Assembly (NCBI GenBank): GCA_963722385.1
Contig: CAVRKK010000002.1
Location: forward strand, 288,001-352,000
Reading direction: 5' to 3'
DNA length: 64,000 nucleotides
From: an uncultured bacterium
GTDB taxonomy: Bacteria; Babelota; Babeliae; Babelales; Babelaceae
This document shows positions 60,882 through 64,000 of this stretch, one piece after another. How positions within the stretch are numbered: position 1 is the stretch's first letter; every line of letters begins with the position of its first letter. The notes under the pieces were generated by a model that made no database searches, was not told the DNA's origin, and worked only from the letters and a program-made list of their open reading frames with translations. Position numbers and translations under genes: made by a program.

Positions 60882-63800
60882 ATGAAGCAGCTAAACGTAA
60901 TTTGCGTTTCAGCTTTCTTATGTTGCAGTTTACTGGTTCGGCTAGCACATGCCCAAGAAATTGAAACTCCAGAAGAGCTATCGGCCAGGAAAGCTCATTT
61001 AGAAAAGGAACAAGGGCAACTTGAGCAAAAATTACTTTTAGCTCAACGAGAAAACAAACCGGAAGAAGTTTTAAAAATTGAAAACCAGAAAAAGCAAATT
61101 GCTCAGCAGCTTAAGAAGATAGATGAAGAGGAATCACGAGCAGTTCCCGTTGTCTCCCCAACAACACCGTCTAATCAAGTGCCAATTGTAGTCACAAAAG
61201 CTGGTAGTGAACAAGATGTTCTCCAAGCACCAGATATAATAAGTTGGCAAAAAGCTTGGGAAGCATTTGCTGAACAACCTGGCAGACTTTGGGGCAAAGG
61301 CGGCGCTTTGTTTGCCGCTACTTCCCCTGGAGAAAGAGCACAGAATATTGTTGAAATTATAAAGAAATTACCTGATAACTTTACTGCTAATCAAAGTATT
61401 GATGCGCTCTCTCTTATAGCTCAGCAAGCGCTTGACATGAAAAATAAGAATTATTTTACGCCAGATGAAGCTAATCGTGATTACGGCCGAATAATCAAAG
61501 CTCTAGCTAAAAAGCTAGGCCAAGTCATCGAAAATGCCCATTATCAAGATCAAAGTCCTGAACAGGTAAATCAGTTACTTATGACAATCCTCAAAAAAAT
61601 TAAGGCAGACCCTCAATTTGAAAGACTGATACAAACTACCATTGTTACTAAGATGGTTGAATATTTAAAGACTATGCCATTACAAGGAGATTCTGCAAAT
61701 ATCTTAAGTAGTTTTAAAGATATAATAGACACTTATCTTACACTCTCAAAAGGTATTGTTCTGGCTGAAATACATAATCACGCAATTCAAACTGCTTTGG
61801 CGGAAATCATTGAAAAAATAACTGAGCCTGTAGCTAACCTATCTTTTGAGCAGGGACTAAATACGCTCAAGGATATAGCGGAAAGTGAGAAAGCTAAAGC
61901 ATTATCCAAGAAGATGCCACAGCTTTCCCATATATTTGTTATTACTGCGAATCGACTTTTATCGAACGAATTAAGCAATCATAGTTTAACACGCGATATT
62001 TCACCGCTTACGCAACCTGGCCAAACAGAAGAGCAGAAAGAAGCATTATACCTGAATGCTTATGTTAAAGAAGTGGACTTGCTCAATAAATATTTAATTT
62101 TTACCAAGAAGAATGGCGCCAGCAAAACAGACCCAGAATTTCAAGCAGCGGCACGAAGGCTTTCTCGCATTAACGATTTTATGAATGAACAAAAGGACTT
62201 GCCAGAAACGCAAGCCAATAAGCAACTTTTTAATAATCTCAATAAGGCTATTTTTAAGGTGCTCGACACGCTGGTCGATGAAGGCGGCATCATGGGTGTT
62301 CTCGAGCATGATACAGAATTTGAGTCAAAAGAAGAGGAACAAAGCAAGCTTTTCAATCGACTGTCGGCGCTTCCTGAAGATATGCTTGCCGGCATGGATC
62401 AGGAAGCTAAAAACGTACTTGAGCAAATGAGCAAAACGACTGATCAAAAGAAGCTCAAAGAGCTTTATGATAATTTAGAAGCTATCTATGTAAACCTGAC
62501 CGAGCCACTCATCGAAGAAAAAGATAAAAGTTATAGCTTAAAAGATTTACTGAGCGAATCAGCTGATCTTACAAACTTAAATAGTCTCACCGAACAAATC
62601 GAAAAAGCCCTTGGGCCTCGAAAAGAAGTACTCCAAAAGAATGTTAAACGTCTCATAACGATAAGAGACCGCTTCAATGAGATATTGCCCGAGCTTACAA
62701 AGTCTGATCTCGCCAATATCACGGCCCATGGCAAAGAACTTGGTCAGCAAAAGCAGGATCTTGAGCAAATAACAGAACATGCAGTACCAGAAGGGATGGT
62801 GCCCGAGTTTCAACGCACCTATGGACAGGTAGAGGCGTGGACGGACATTATCGATGCAGCTGAAGCATATAATGCATTAACCAAGGCGCCTGCTCAATTA
62901 ACCGAGCAAGAAAAAGAAACTATTGGCCAAGTTTACGTAACGGTAACCAAAGCTTTTGCTGGCATTCCTGTTTCCCTCGATTATGATCAAGAAAAAATAT
63001 TTACCGATCGTCTTGAGGCTATGAAGAAGCAACAAGAAGCATTGGATAAGCTTACGAGTCTCGTGCGTGAGCCAAAAGCAACTATCGGTGGCAAAGAGTA
63101 CGATTTGCTGCAGGTGGCGGACTTTATTAAAAAGCTTGCTTATCATTTTGAGAAACTTTCGTCACAGCAGCTTGATGATTTAGAAAAAAGTGGCTTTTTG
63201 ATTCATGACGTACGAGAGGGTCAAACATATTATAGGCCAAGTGATCGTGGCCTTTATTTAGTCAGCATTGCTGATACGCTTAATGACGTTGAACGCCGCG
63301 CAAAGCAGCTTGACGAATATCAAAAGCAGCATGCTTCTGGCGTAGAGCCAAGCCTCCAGATGCTGAGTCCAACGGGGCGACCTATCGAAATTGCAGAGGC
63401 TTATAGATTGCAGTTGCTTATTCTTGATGATCAGGTTGATGTTTTGCAATATCTCTATCGTAGAAACATTCTCGAAAACAAAGTTGAAGAAGCAATCTCT
63501 GGTGTTGTTAATACCACTGCTATCGATAACCCCCCACCGCTGGCCAAAATTGATAAAACAGAATTACTCAATGATATAAGTGATCTGCTCTCCGTAAGAG
63601 AAGAATCAGTTAATCCCTATTTTGAGGCACTTATTGAAAGTGAAGCTTATATCGAGTCGTTACCTCAAAAAGAGCAGGCGGAGGCACGCAAGGCAGCTGG
63701 CTTAACAACCTGGGTTATGCGCATTATTGGCCTCTCTGATCCTGAGGCAGTGTTTTCCGCTGATGAGGCAACGATTACGCAAGAGGTCAAAGAAATCTAT

Positions 63801-64000
63801 ACCAAGTTGAATAGTGCCGTTAATGCCAGCTTAGCTGATCTTGCTGCTCGCTGGAAGCAAGCGATGATTGCTGGTAAAGAGACTGCCAGTAAAGTAGCAT
63901 GGTACAGCGCAATTCCCGCTGCTGTTGTTGCTTTCTTTGCCACTAAAATAACGGTACAGGCGGGAGCGCCGATAATTGGCGGAACTATAGGCAGCGCCAT
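60882..64000 (+). CDS. Giant secreted alpha-helical protein, runs off window (absent from ORF track)
   Basis: AGGAG RBS, ATG 60882, signal peptide MKQLNVICVSAFLCCSLLVRLAHA, same frame at window end; shares FAE.PG..WG.GG, RL.ALPEDMLA, ILDDQ.D.L, V.PYFEAL with 44192-48655. Confidence 0.88.
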   Translation, partial: MKQLNVICVSAFLCCSLLVRLAHAQEIETPEELSARKAHLEKEQGQLEQKLLLAQRENKPEEVLKIENQKKQIAQQLKKIDEEESRAVPVVSPTTPSNQVPIVVTKAGSEQDVLQAPDIISWQKAWEAFAEQPGRLWGKGGALFAATSPGERAQNIVEIIKKLPDNFTANQSIDALSLIAQQALDMKNKNYFTPDEANRDYGRIIKALAKKLGQVIENAHYQDQSPEQVNQLLMTILKKIKADPQFERLIQTTIVTKMVEYLKTMPLQGDSANILSSFKDIIDTYLTLSKGIVLAEIHNHAIQTALAEIIEKITEPVANLSFEQGLNTLKDIAESEKAKALSKKMPQLSHIFVITANRLLSNELSNHSLTRDISPLTQPGQTEEQKEALYLNAYVKEVDLLNKYLIFTKKNGASKTDPEFQAAARRLSRINDFMNEQKDLPETQANKQLFNNLNKAIFKVLDTLVDEGGIMGVLEHDTEFESKEEEQSKLFNRLSALPEDMLAGMDQEAKNVLEQMSKTTDQKKLKELYDNLEAIYVNLTEPLIEEKDKSYSLKDLLSESADLTNLNSLTEQIEKALGPRKEVLQKNVKRLITIRDRFNEILPELTKSDLANITAHGKELGQQKQDLEQITEHAVPEGMVPEFQRTYGQVEAWTDIIDAAEAYNALTKAPAQLTEQEKETIGQVYVTVTKAFAGIPVSLDYDQEKIFTDRLEAMKKQQEALDKLTSLVREPKATIGGKEYDLLQVADFIKKLAYHFEKLSSQQLDDLEKSGFLIHDVREGQTYYRPSDRGLYLVSIADTLNDVERRAKQLDEYQKQHASGVEPSLQMLSPTGRPIEIAEAYRLQLLILDDQVDVLQYLYRRNILENKVEEAISGVVNTTAIDNPPPLAKIDKTELLNDISDLLSVREESVNPYFEALIESEAYIESLPQKEQAEARKAAGLTTWVMRIIGLSDPEAVFSADEATITQEVKEIYTKLNSAVNASLADLAARWKQAMIAGKETASKVAWYSAIPAAVVAFFATKITVQAGAPIIGGTIGSA

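Overview
The window has two parts. Positions 1-25.4 kb are mostly housekeeping genes: lepB 3' end, rhodanese, tRNA-Cys, tRNA-Leu, HU, a GspE/PilB ATPase, sufS, sufU, nurA, mnmG-lgt-dnaG-rpoD, a CNNM/CBS protein and a Nudix hydrolase. Small accessory inserts interrupt them: a Schlafen/AlbA_2-HATPase-wHTH gene with a palindromic operator array, a secreted BBE-like oxidase, a twice-frameshifted ankyrin gene, two membrane-anchored double beta-propeller proteins, and remnants of resolvase, DUF1016 and HicA genes. From 26 kb to the end lies a ~38 kb polymorphic-toxin/effector island built by repeated duplication. Its unit is [signal-peptide CdiA-like haemagglutinin-repeat protein with a PT-TG pretoxin domain and C-terminal toxin] - [overlapping immunity gene] - [secreted ankyrin protein] - [giant secreted helical protein with a Gly/Ala-rich hydrophobic segment]. 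The unit occurs three times in varying states of decay. The island also holds orphan toxin-tip/immunity modules, a secreted 1294-aa protein with an internal PD-(D/E)xK motif followed by its own ankyrin + giant-protein pair, two tandem duplications, an IS630 and a tnpA-only IS200. The CdiA-like proteins lack a recognisable TPS domain and FHA-1 stalk, and no CdiB/TpsB gene is in the window. The gene content (many signal-peptide ankyrin proteins with an [AG]ME mature start) suggests a protist-associated intracellular bacterium such as Ca. Babeliae/Dependentiae (TM6); this is inference only. All family assignments come from motif recognition by eye, not database searches.
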